From the NCBI GenBank assembly GCA_041483195.1, contig JBGPFC010000002.1, positions 64,001 to 128,000 on the forward strand: a stretch of DNA of 64,000 bases, given 5' to 3'. Below, one piece after another: positions 1-9,096 of the stretch. The position numbers and the translations under genes are program-made. Source of the stretch: Candidatus Eiseniibacteriota bacterium. Its GTDB lineage: Bacteria; Eisenbacteria; RBG-16-71-46. Positions within the stretch are counted from its first letter, which is position 1. The number at the start of each line of letters is the position of its first letter. Below the pieces are notes generated by a model. It was not told the DNA's origin, searched no databases, and was given only the letters and a program-made list of their open reading frames with translations.

Positions 1-1
1 A

Positions 2-616
2 CTCGAGCCGCCAGTGATAGGTGGTCTCGCCGCGCGCCCGGTCGGGAAGCGTCTCGACCAGGCGGCCGTTCCCGAGCGCGAACATGCCCGCCGGCACGGT
101 GTACCACAGGTCGCTCGCCGCGCGCTCGACGGGCTCGTCGACGTCGGGGAACCAGAAGCGCGCGCCCTCCTCCTCGCCCTGCGACCACACCTCGGCGCGC
201 CGGCCCGGATGGTTCGCGTCGGGGCCCGCCCAGTAGAGTCCCGCGCGCGGCGCGGCGTCGTAGGCGATGGTGATCGCCGCCTGATCGCCGCGGGCGAGCG
301 TGCGCGCGAATCGCACCATCAGCCGCGACTCGTCGCTCTCGTAAGCGAGCGCGCCGCCCGCGCTGTCGCGCACCGAGAGCACGCGCAGCTCTCGCGCGTT
401 GAGGTTCAGCGTGGCCAGCGTGTCGAGCGCACGCCCGGCGAGCGTCATGCGGCCCTCGATCCGGCGGTGCGCGAAGTCGAATCGCACGCGGAGATCGCGA
501 TGCTCGATGTCGAAAGCGCGCGAGGGTGTGTCGTGAACGACGCGGGCCGGCTCGGCCATCGCGGGCGCGGCGAGCAGGCATATGGCGAGTGCGGCAACGA
601 CGCCTGAGGCTTGCAT
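2..616 (-). CDS. M1-family aminopeptidase, N-terminal part (runs off left edge)
   Basis: Not in the ORF track. Hand translation from ATG at 616 (GGAGGAG RBS upstream) gives a signal peptide MQASGVVAALAICLLAAPAMA, then ...VWSQGEEEGARFWFPDVDEP...ALGNGRL...TTYHWRLE, typical of the M1 peptidase N-terminal domain. The catalytic HEXXH would lie outside the window. Confidence 0.8.
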   Translation of the reverse strand, partial: MQASGVVAALAICLLAAPAMAEPARVVHDTPSRAFDIEHRDLRVRFDFAHRRIEGRMTLAGRALDTLATLNLNARELRVLSVRDSAGGALAYESDESRLMVRFARTLARGDQAAITIAYDAAPRAGLYWAGPDANHPGRRAEVWSQGEEEGARFWFPDVDEPVERAASDLWYTVPAGMFALGNGRLVETLPDRARGETTYHWRLE

Positions 617-696
617 GCGGGGTCTCCTCCCGGGTGGAAACCGGAGAATATTGAGGAGCGGCGGGCGCGGGTCAACCGGCGCGTCGAGCCCGGGGT

Positions 697-725
697 TTGA
701 TTCGACGCGATGCGCCTGCTAGCGT
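697..725 (+). promoter_or_regulatory. Putative sigma70-type promoter for purA
   Basis: TTGATT-17 nt-TAGCGT with TGn extended -10. Confidence 0.4.
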
Positions 726-789
726 GCCGCGCGGTTTTTCGCGCGGTTACGCTCGGAACGCGGCGCGTGGTTTCGTCCGGAGGTCGAAC

Positions 790-2061
<1,272 letters not shown>

Positions 2062-2079
2062 GCCACGCGCGGCGCTGCG

Positions 2080-2109
2080 TTGCCCCGTCCGCGGGCTTCG
2101 GCATAGACT
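2080..2109 (+). promoter_or_regulatory. Putative sigma70-type promoter for tRNA-Lys
   Basis: TTGCCC-18 nt-TAGACT about 90 nt upstream of the tRNA. Confidence 0.35.
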
Positions 2110-2200
2110 CCGCGCGCCGCGAGCGGGGCGGAGGGCGGTCGCGGTTCGCCGCGCTCGCGGTGAGCGCCGTCCCGACGACCTGCACGTACGTGCAGTCCGT

Positions 2201-2276
2201 GACCCGTTAGCTCAGTCGGTAGAGCACCTGCCTTTTAAGCAGGGTGTCGCTGGTTCGATCCCAGCACGGGTCACCA
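2201..2276 (+). tRNA. tRNA-Lys (anticodon UUU)
   Basis: Acceptor stem GACCCGT/ACGGGTC, D-arm GCTCAGTCGGTAGAGC, anticodon arm CCTGC-CTTTTAA-GCAGG, T-arm GCTGG-TTCGATC-CCAGC, encoded CCA; 76 nt. Confidence 0.97.
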
Positions 2277-2389
2277 ACTTGGTACGGTACCTCGGTGCGG
2301 ATCGCCTTTGGGGCGGCCGCTCCCCGCGATCGCCGCGGGCTCCCGGGAGGGGGGGGCGATCGAAGGAATTTCGGGTCCCGTTAATTTTC

Positions 2390-2420
2390 TGTAAACCCGT
2401 TCCGGCGGGCTCCGCATCTA
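2390..2420 (+). promoter_or_regulatory. Putative ECF-sigma-type promoter
   Basis: TGTAAAC-17 nt-GCATCTA preceded by an AT-rich tract (TTAATTTTC); resembles the ECF AAC / CGTC-type consensus. Confidence 0.35.
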
Positions 2421-2513
2421 GACAACCCGTCAGTTGGCGCCCCCCCCGAAGGTCGCCGACCTCACGATGGCCGCGTGATGCGAGGCCGCGCACGTGGTTC
2501 TCCCTGGCCAGCG

Positions 2514-2792
2514 ATGGAGCAACGGGAAGTGGACTGTATTGGAGTCCGGGACAAGCTCTCGGAGTTTCTGGACCGCGATCTCGTCGACGCGATTTGTCGC
2601 GAGATCGAAGAACATCTCGAGCGATGCCGCGATTGCAGGGTCGAAGTCGACACGGTGAGGAAGACCATCACGCTCTATCAGAACGTCGGTGACGTCGAGG
2701 TCCCGATGCAGGTGACGGCGGCGCTCGAGAGCGCGCTGTCGCGCGAGTACCAGCGCGCAACTTCCGCGACACCCGAAGGGGCCGCCGATTGA
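2514..2792 (+). CDS. Small zf-HC2 (ZAS anti-sigma-like zinc finger) protein
   Basis: DC...LSEFLD...IEEHLERCRDC (Hx3Cx2C) motif; 92 aa, no TM segment; start uncertain. Confidence 0.85.
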   Translation: MEQREVDCIGVRDKLSEFLDRDLVDAICREIEEHLERCRDCRVEVDTVRKTITLYQNVGDVEVPMQVTAALESALSREYQRATSATPEGAAD

Positions 2793-2818
2793 CAGGCGCT
2801 CCGCGCGCCGCGTAGATT
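2789..2818 (+). promoter_or_regulatory. Putative sigma70 promoter for ychF
   Basis: TTGACA-18 nt-TAGATT overlapping the upstream stop codon. Confidence 0.55.
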
Positions 2819-2837
2819 TCCCCAATCGAGACCGCAC

Positions 2838-2875
2838 ACCGCCCGCGGGAAGTCGCCCTCGCGGGCGGTTCTGTT
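2838..2875 (+). terminator. GC-rich hairpin with weak U-tail (terminator or leader hairpin)
   Basis: ACCGCCCGCG / CGCGGGCGGT stem followed by TCTGTT. Confidence 0.35.
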
Positions 2876-2893
2876 CCCTCCACCGGAGCACTC

Positions 2894-3949
2894 ATGAAGC
2901 TCGTCGGCATCCTCGGACTTCCCGGGTCCGGCAAGACCACGTTGTTCGAGATTCTCATGCAGGGCGCCGGCGCCGCGCATGCCGGCGGCGGCGCGCGCGA
3001 CCAGGTCGGCGTCGTCAAGGTTCCCGATCCGCGGATCGACCGGCTCTCGGCGCTCTACCATCCGAAGAAGACCACGTTCGCCAACATCCAGTTCGTGGAC
3101 AGCGCGGCCGCGGGGCAGGGCAGCGCCCGCGCCGCCGCGAAGGGCCCCGATCTGTTCTCGGCCGTGCGCAACTGCGACGCGCTGATGGCGGTCGTGCGTG
3201 ACTTCGAGAACCCGGCGGTGCCGGCGGAAGGCGGGGTCGATCCGGTCCGCGATCTCCGCAATCTCGAGGCCGAGCTCATGCTCAACGATCTCGCGATCGC
3301 GGAGACCCGTCTCGAGCGGATCGAAAAGGAATTGCGCATCGGCAAGAAGCAGGGGGAGCGCGAGCACGCGCTGCTCCAGCGCTGCCGCGGGATGCTCGAA
3401 GCGGAGCGTCCGCTGCGCGGCGAGTCCTTCGACGCCGAGGAGACGAAGCTGCTGCGGGGATTCCAGCTTCTTTCGCTGAAACCACTGCTGGTGGTGTACA
3501 ACCAGGATGAGCATTCCCGTCGCGTGCCGGCCGCGCCCGGCCCCGGCGCGCTGGCGGTCGCGTTGCGGGCGCACCTGGAGCGCGAGATCGTGAACCTCGA
3601 GGCCGGGGAGCGCGAAGCGTTCCGTCGCGAGATGGGGATCGACGAGGACGGGCTCTCCCTTCTCATCCGCGCCTGCTACGAGGTGCTGGGCCTGATCGCG
3701 TTCTTCACAGTGGGACCCGATGAGGTGCGGGCATGGACCATCCACCGCGGAGAGCGGGCGGTGGACGCGGCCGGAGAGATTCACAGCGACCTCGCCCGCG
3801 GTTTCATACGCGCGGAGGTGATCGGCTGGGAGCAGTTGCTCGAAGCGGGCACCCAGGCGAAGGCGCGCGAAAAGGCGTGGCTCCGACTCGAGGGCCGCGA
3901 ATACGTCGTGCAGGACGGGGAGTGTCTCGAGATTCGCTTCAACAAGTGA
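2894..3949 (+). CDS. ychF: YchF/Obg-family ATPase (atypical motifs)
   Basis: GLPGSGKTT P-loop, VKVPDPRIDRL, LLSLKP, FFTVGPDEVRAW, AGEIHSDLARGFIRAEV, RLEGREYVVQDG C-terminal TGS-like domain. Confidence 0.9.
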   Translation: MKLVGILGLPGSGKTTLFEILMQGAGAAHAGGGARDQVGVVKVPDPRIDRLSALYHPKKTTFANIQFVDSAAAGQGSARAAAKGPDLFSAVRNCDALMAVVRDFENPAVPAEGGVDPVRDLRNLEAELMLNDLAIAETRLERIEKELRIGKKQGEREHALLQRCRGMLEAERPLRGESFDAEETKLLRGFQLLSLKPLLVVYNQDEHSRRVPAAPGPGALAVALRAHLEREIVNLEAGEREAFRREMGIDEDGLSLLIRACYEVLGLIAFFTVGPDEVRAWTIHRGERAVDAAGEIHSDLARGFIRAEVIGWEQLLEAGTQAKAREKAWLRLEGREYVVQDGECLEIRFNK

Positions 3950-3963
3950 TGAGGGAGGCGCCG

Positions 3964-4587
3964 ATGACGCGCGCATCGCGCGAGGCCCGGCGCGCGGCGC
4001 CGCCGCTCGCGGGGCGGATGCTCGCGCTCTCGGTGCTGGCGCTCGCCGCGCTGCGGGTGCCGGTCGCGAGCGCGGCGACGCCGCCGAAGCTGGCCCAGCT
4101 CCAGGGGCATCTCGCGTTCGGATACGCGCGATTGCTGACCCGGGACGCGCCGGCCGGCTCGATCGCGGTCGACGGCGGGATCGATGTTCCGCTCGATGCC
4201 GATTGGAGCGCCGGGGTCACGCTCGGGTACGCGTTGCTCGGCGGCCGGACCGTCGAGCGCGGCAGCCTGATCGCCAGCCTGGACTACAGCGTGTTCGAAG
4301 CGATCGCGTTCGCGCACGTTCGGCCCTCGGGTCTCGGACCCATCGGCCGCCTCTCGTTCGGCCCCGGTTTCTTCTCGACCCGCGCGACGCTCTCGACGTC
4401 GGGCGGAGGCGCGTTGTTCAGCGACCTCGCGCGCGAGGAATTCGTCCCCGGATTCGCGATCGACGCGACGCTGATGAAGCACAAGCCATCGCCGGTGCGG
4501 GTGGGGTTGGAGCTCGGCACCCGCGTCGCGTTCCTGAGAGAGGAAGTCTGGACCCTCAGCGGGGTGCGGATCGCGTTCCACTATTAG
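3964..4587 (+). CDS. Hypothetical exported protein, probable small outer-membrane beta-barrel
   Basis: GGGAGG RBS; signal peptide ending VASA; alternating amphipathic strands; C-terminal VRIAFHY beta-signal-like end. Confidence 0.6.
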   Translation: MTRASREARRAAPPLAGRMLALSVLALAALRVPVASAATPPKLAQLQGHLAFGYARLLTRDAPAGSIAVDGGIDVPLDADWSAGVTLGYALLGGRTVERGSLIASLDYSVFEAIAFAHVRPSGLGPIGRLSFGPGFFSTRATLSTSGGGALFSDLAREEFVPGFAIDATLMKHKPSPVRVGLELGTRVAFLREEVWTLSGVRIAFHY

Positions 4588-4624
4588 CCGGCCGCCGCTC
4601 CACTCCCGGGTGAACCATTCTTCG

Positions 4625-4653
4625 TTGACTCGATCCGCCTCCCTTTCTAGAAT
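4625..4653 (+). promoter_or_regulatory. Near-consensus sigma70 promoter for a small intergenic transcript
   Basis: TTGACT-17 nt-TAGAAT. Confidence 0.7.
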
Positions 4654-4681
4654 TCGCGCCACGCGGAAAGGAGGTGGTCCA

Positions 4682-4726
4682 TTGACTAGCACCCAGTTGT
4701 GGATCGCGGAGGTGGCTGTCCGCTAG
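4682..4726 (+). CDS. Putative 14-aa peptide MTSTQLWIAEVAVR
   Basis: TTG start 7 nt after GGAGG of a perfect AAAGGAGGTG Shine-Dalgarno; TAG stop at 4724-4726. Confidence 0.45.
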   Translation: MTSTQLWIAEVAVR

Positions 4727-4779
4727 ACGGCCCACCGACGGCGGTTGGGTCGTCCGCGAATCCCAACAGCCTACCGGTT

Positions 4780-4816
4780 ACGCGGGGGGCGAGCGGTTGC
4801 CCCCCGCGTGCTTTTT
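4780..4816 (+). terminator. Rho-independent terminator
   Basis: Perfect 11-bp stem ACGCGGGGGGC / GCCCCCCGCGT, 8-nt loop, then GCTTTTT. Confidence 0.8.
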
Positions 4817-4891
4817 CCGCCGGGGGCGCGAGCGCCCGCGGCCGCCGATCCGCCGGGCGTGAAATCGCCGGCGCCCCGCCCGGCGGCGTTT

Positions 4892-4921
4892 TTGACACCC
4901 GCGGAGGGCGGCGGGTATCCT
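4892..4921 (+). promoter_or_regulatory. sigma70 promoter of the rib operon
   Basis: TTGACA-18 nt-TATCCT immediately upstream of the FMN aptamer. Confidence 0.65.
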
Positions 4922-4933
4922 CGCCGGCTCAAG

Positions 4934-5097
4934 CTCCTTCGGGGCGGGGTGCGAAGTCCCCACCGGCGGTAAAGCCCGCGAGCGGGAGCGGACGGAATCC
5001 GGCGTCAGCCGGAATCGCGCGGCATGCCGCGCCCACCGCTCCTGCTGATCCGGTGAAACTCCGGGGCCGACCGTGACAGTCGGGATGGAAGAAGGAG
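4934..5097 (+). promoter_or_regulatory. FMN riboswitch (RFN element)
   Basis: CTTCGGGGCGGGGTG...TCCCCACCGGCGGTAAAGCCCGCGAGC...GATCCGGTGAAACTCCGGGGCCGACCGT...AGTCGGGATGGAAGAAG matches the RFN consensus; lies upstream of ribD. Confidence 0.95.
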
Positions 5098-5150
5098 GGG
5101 ATCGCGCATGCCGGCCGGCAGGCGCGAAGCTCGCGCGTTGCGCACGTTCC

Positions 5151-5184
5151 GCCCCGTGGTGCAGAGACCACGGGGTTTCTCGTT
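5151..5184 (+). terminator. Riboswitch expression-platform terminator
   Basis: GCCCCGTGGT / ACCACGGGGT stem followed by TTCTCGTT, just before the ribD start. Confidence 0.65.
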
Positions 5185-5191
5185 AAGGGCC

Positions 5192-6307
5192 ATGGCGACC
5201 AAACGACAGCAGCCTGGATTGAGTTTCATGCAGCGCGCGCTGCGCATCGCGGAGCGCGGTCGCGGGCGCACTCGTCCAAACCCGATCGTCGGGGCGGTCG
5301 TGGTGCGTGGCGGCCGTGTGGTGGGGGAAGGCTGGCATCGCGCGCTCGGCAGCGACCACGCCGAGGTCGAGGCGCTGCGCGCGGCCGGCGCGCGCGCACG
5401 CGGGGCGACCCTGTACGTCACGCTCGAGCCCTGCGCGCACACCGGGCGCACTCCGCCATGCGTGGACGCGCTGGTGCGCGCGGGCATCCGGCGCTGCGTC
5501 GTCGCGCTGCGCGATCCGCACGCGATCGTGAACGGCCGCGGCCTCCGGGCGCTGCGCCGCGCGGGGGTGGACGTCGAGCTGGGGCTCTGCGCGGCGGAGG
5601 CCCGCGACGGGCTCGAAGGTTACTGGCTCGCGCACACGCGCGGCCGCCCGCGGGTGACGTGGAAGGTGGCGGCGACGCTCGACGGCAGGATCGCGGATGC
5701 GCGCCGGCGTTCGCGCTGGATCACGGGTCCGGCGGCGCGCGCGCACGGCCATCGGATGCGCGCGGCAGCTGACGCGGTGCTGATCGGCGCCGGGACGGCG
5801 CGCGCCGACGATCCGCGACTCACCACGCGGCTCGGCCGCCCGGCGCCCCAACCGCTGCGCGTGCTGTGCGACACGCGTCTCGCGAGCCCATTCGGCCTGC
5901 GGCTGTTCGGGCCATCGCTCGCGCACGGCACGGTGGTGGCGTGCGGACCGCGCGCGCCGCGTGCCCGCGAGCGCGCGCTCGAATCGCGGGGCGTCAGGGT
6001 GTGGCGCCTGCCGCTGCGTGACGGCCGGGTCTCGCCGCGCGCGCTCGCGCGCCGGCTGGTCGCCGCGGGCTGCCACGAGGTGCTGCTCGAGGGGGGCGCG
6101 ACGCTCGGCACGGCATGGCTGCGCGCGGGGCTGGTCGATCGCGTCGCGCTGTTCACCGCGCCGCGGGTGCTGGGGGCCGAGGGGCTCGCGTGGTGTGGCG
6201 CGCTCGCGCGCGGCGGGCTGGCGAGCGCGCCGCGCGGCCGGCTGGTCGAGCACCGCCGATTCGGCGAGGATGGGTTCACCATGGTCGCGCTCGAAAGGAA
6301 TGCGTGA
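5192..6307 (+). CDS. ribD: Bifunctional riboflavin deaminase/reductase
   Basis: [44 protein letters not shown] motifs; start may be ATG 5192 or 5228. Confidence 0.95.
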   Translation: MATKRQQPGLSFMQRALRIAERGRGRTRPNPIVGAVVVRGGRVVGEGWHRALGSDHAEVEALRAAGARARGATLYVTLEPCAHTGRTPPCVDALVRAGIRRCVVALRDPHAIVNGRGLRALRRAGVDVELGLCAAEARDGLEGYWLAHTRGRPRVTWKVAATLDGRIADARRRSRWITGPAARAHGHRMRAAADAVLIGAGTARADDPRLTTRLGRPAPQPLRVLCDTRLASPFGLRLFGPSLAHGTVVACGPRAPRARERALESRGVRVWRLPLRDGRVSPRALARRLVAAGCHEVLLEGGATLGTAWLRAGLVDRVALFTAPRVLGAEGLAWCGALARGGLASAPRGRLVEHRRFGEDGFTMVALERNA

Positions 6308-6918
6308 TGTTCACGGGACTGGTCGAGGAGATCGGCGCGGTCGAGCGCATCGAGGAGCGACCCGGCGGCCGGCGCTTCTGGATCGGCGCGCGTCGAGTGC
6401 TCGAGGACACCCGCACCGGCGACAGCGTGGCGGTGTCCGGATGCTGCCTCACGGCGGTCGCGGTCGAGGCCGCGTGCTTCGCGGTCGAGGCGGTGCCGGA
6501 GACGCTGCGGCGCACGACGCTCGGCGCGTGGCGCGAGGGCGAGCGCGTCAACCTGGAGCGGGCGCTGCGCCTCGACCAGCGGCTGGGCGGACACCTGGTG
6601 CAGGGGCACGTCGACGCGGTCGGCGAAGTGCGCGCGGTGGTGCCGGAGGGGGACGGGCGGCGGCTCACGCTCGCGCTCCCCGCGGGCATCGCGCGCTACG
6701 TCGCGGAGAAGGGCTCGCTCGCGGTGGACGGCGTGAGCCTCACGGTCGCCGCTCGCGACGGCGCGGGCTGCGAGATCGCGCTGATTCCCCACACGCTGGC
6801 CGTGACCATCGCCGGCGACTACGCACCGGGACGCCGCGTTCATCTCGAGGTCGATCTGATCGCGCGCTACATCGCGCGGCTGATCGACGAGGCCGGCGTC
6901 GCGGGGGGCCCGCGATGA
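6307..6918 (+). CDS. ribE: Riboflavin synthase (alpha chain)
   Basis: [10 protein letters not shown] start, [41 protein letters not shown]. Confidence 0.96.
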   Translation: MFTGLVEEIGAVERIEERPGGRRFWIGARRVLEDTRTGDSVAVSGCCLTAVAVEAACFAVEAVPETLRRTTLGAWREGERVNLERALRLDQRLGGHLVQGHVDAVGEVRAVVPEGDGRRLTLALPAGIARYVAEKGSLAVDGVSLTVAARDGAGCEIALIPHTLAVTIAGDYAPGRRVHLEVDLIARYIARLIDEAGVAGGPR

Positions 6919-8192
6919 CCCGACCGGTCCGGGTCGCCGCCAGCGGGCGCGGCACGGCGCGTGCGCGGTCCGGCCTCACGCCTTTCATCACGGTCAAGGA
7001 TGCGATCCGCCGCATCCGCGCCGGCAAGATGATCGTGGTGGTGGACGACGCGCAGCGCGAGAACGAGGGCGACCTGGTGTTCGCGGCCGAGAAGGCGACT
7101 CCCGCGATGGTGAATTTCGCGGTGAAGCACGGCCGCGGCATCCTGTGCGCGCCGATGACCCCCGCGATCGCCGACCGGCTGGGCCTCAAGCTCATGGTGC
7201 CGCACAACACGGCGAAGTTCGGAACGCCATTCACCGAATCGGTGGATGCCGCGAAGGGCACGACCACCGGCACGTCGGCGTTCGACCGCGCCCGCACGCT
7301 GCGCGCGCTCGCCGATCCACGGGCGAGGGCCCAGGATTTCGTGCGCCCCGGCCACATCTTCCCGCTGCGCGCGGTGCCGGGCGGCGCCCTGCGCAGGGCC
7401 GGCCATACCGAGGCCGCCCCCGACCTGTGCTCGCTCGCGGGCCTCCAGCCGGTGGGAGCGGTGTGCGAGATCCTCGCTGAGAGCGGGCGCATGGCGCGGC
7501 TCCCCGAGCTCGAGCGGTTCGCCCGCGAGCACCGGCTCGGCATCCTCACCATCCGCGATCTCATCGCGCACCGTCGCAAGAGCGAGAACCTCGTGCAACG
7601 CGTGGTCTCGGTCCCGCTGCCCACCAACGCCGGGCTGTTCCAGCTCCACCTCTACCAGTGCGTGCTCGAGGGCGATCACCACGTCGCGCTGGTCAAGGGA
7701 CGCTTGCGGGGGCGCGGCCCGGTGCTGGTCCGCGTGCACTCGCAGTGCCTGACCGGCGACGTGTTCGGCTCCGAACGCTGCGACTGCGGGGCGCAGATGC
7801 ACGCCGCGCTGAAGGCGATCGCCGCGCGCGGACGCGGCGTGTTCCTCTACCTGCGACAGGAAGGGCGCGGGATCGGACTCGCGAACAAGCTCAAGGCCTA
7901 TGCGCTTCAGGACCGCGGCCTCGATACGGTCGAGGCCAACGTCCAGCTCGGGTTCCCCGCCGACCTGCGCGACTACGGCATCGGCGCGCAGATCCTGGTG
8001 GATCTCGGCGTGCGCGAGATCGAGCTGCTCACCAACAATCCGCGCAAGATCGTGGGCCTCGAGGCCTACGGCCTCACCATCCGCAAGCGCGTGCCGATCC
8101 ACACCGCGGCCAACCGCCACAACCGGCGCTATCTCGCCACCAAGCGCGACAAGCTCGGTCACCTCCTCGACCTCAAGCTGGGGGAGACGTGA
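6915..8192 (+). CDS. ribBA: Bifunctional DHBP synthase / GTP cyclohydrolase II
   Basis: [65 protein letters not shown]. Confidence 0.96.
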   Translation: MTRPVRVAASGRGTARARSGLTPFITVKDAIRRIRAGKMIVVVDDAQRENEGDLVFAAEKATPAMVNFAVKHGRGILCAPMTPAIADRLGLKLMVPHNTAKFGTPFTESVDAAKGTTTGTSAFDRARTLRALADPRARAQDFVRPGHIFPLRAVPGGALRRAGHTEAAPDLCSLAGLQPVGAVCEILAESGRMARLPELERFAREHRLGILTIRDLIAHRRKSENLVQRVVSVPLPTNAGLFQLHLYQCVLEGDHHVALVKGRLRGRGPVLVRVHSQCLTGDVFGSERCDCGAQMHAALKAIAARGRGVFLYLRQEGRGIGLANKLKAYALQDRGLDTVEANVQLGFPADLRDYGIGAQILVDLGVREIELLTNNPRKIVGLEAYGLTIRKRVPIHTAANRHNRRYLATKRDKLGHLLDLKLGET

Positions 8193-8665
8193 TGGGCGCC
8201 GAGATCAAGCCGGGGCACGACGCCGGCGGCCACCGTTACTGCCTGGTGGCCGCGCGGTACAACGAGAGCCACGTGCGGCGCATGGTGGACGCCGCGCTCG
8301 AAGTGCTCGCGCAGCGGGGCGCGGCGCCCGACGACCTCGAGGTGTGGTGGGTGCCTGGATCCTTCGAGCTGCCGCTCGCCTGCGCGTGGGCCGCCGCCAC
8401 CTCACGCTTCGACGCGGTGCTCGCGTTCGGCGTGCTGATCCGCGGCGAGACCGAGCACTTCCGCCTGGTCGCAGAGGCCGCGACCCAGGGGTTGATGCGG
8501 GTGGCGCTCGACGCCTCGGTGCCGGTGCTGAACGGCGTGCTCGCGACCCTCGACGCCGCGCAGGCGGCTGCCCGCACCGGCGGTGACCTGGGCAATCGCG
8601 GGGCCGAGGTCGCGCTCGCGGCGATCCAGATGGCGCAGCTGCGCCGCGCGCGCGGGAAGCGATGA
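8192..8665 (+). CDS. ribH: 6,7-dimethyl-8-ribityllumazine synthase
   Basis: VPGSFELP, GVLIRGETEHF, VPVLNGVL motifs; position in rib operon. Confidence 0.95.
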   Translation: MGAEIKPGHDAGGHRYCLVAARYNESHVRRMVDAALEVLAQRGAAPDDLEVWWVPGSFELPLACAWAAATSRFDAVLAFGVLIRGETEHFRLVAEAATQGLMRVALDASVPVLNGVLATLDAAQAAARTGGDLGNRGAEVALAAIQMAQLRRARGKR

Positions 8666-9096
8666 CGCACCGGCTCGAGACCGCGCGGCGGCGCGCGCGC
8701 GAGGTCGCGTTCCGCGTGGTCTACCAGGCCGACGTGGCCGGCGAGACCTGCGCGCAGGCGTGGACGCTGCGGCAGGAGGACGAGCATCTGAGCGCGGACG
8801 GGCGCGCGCTGGTCGAGGACGTGCTGCGAACGCTCGAATCGTCCCGCGCGGAAATCGACGGCGCCCTGCGCGAGGCGGCCGAGCACTGGCCGCTCGAGCG
8901 CATCGCCGCCACCGATCGCGCGGTCCTGCGCGCGGCGGTGGCCGAGCTCATGGGGCGCTCCGGCACGCCGGCGCGCGTCGTGCTCGACGAGGCCATCGAG
9001 ATCGCCAGGCGCTTCGGCTCCGAGGAATCGGGCCGGTTCGTGAACGGCGTGCTCGACCGGATCGCGAAGCGGCTCCGGCCCGCGGAATTCGAATGA
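8662..9096 (+). CDS. nusB: Transcription antitermination factor NusB
   Basis: RRRARE, WPLERIAATDRAVLR, VVLDEAIEIARRFG...FVNGVLD; conserved ribH-nusB linkage. Confidence 0.95.
   Translation: MTHRLETARRRAREVAFRVVYQADVAGETCAQAWTLRQEDEHLSADGRALVEDVLRTLESSRAEIDGALREAAEHWPLERIAATDRAVLRAAVAELMGRSGTPARVVLDEAIEIARRFGSEESGRFVNGVLDRIAKRLRPAEFE

Larger units (their letters stand above)
4660..4816 (+). ncRNA. Candidate small RNA / small-ORF mRNA
   Basis: Bounded by its own promoter and an intrinsic terminator; contains GAAAGGAGGTGGTCCA, a 14-codon ORF and a central hairpin (GGCGGTTGGG...CCCAACAGCC). Confidence 0.55.

Noticed and set aside
14..607. 197-aa + strand ORF at the window start
   Set aside because: Antisense shadow of the - strand aminopeptidase, which has an RBS, signal peptide and family motifs
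2201..2520. tRNA-Lys as an integration site for a genomic island
   Set aside because: No integrase nearby, no duplicate of the tRNA 3' end noticed, and downstream genes are housekeeping
4660..4816. Small transcript as a 16S rRNA fragment or classic type I toxin
   Set aside because: Similarity to 16S is limited to the 16-nt tail complement; the peptide is too short and polar for a TM toxin and I found no antisense promoter
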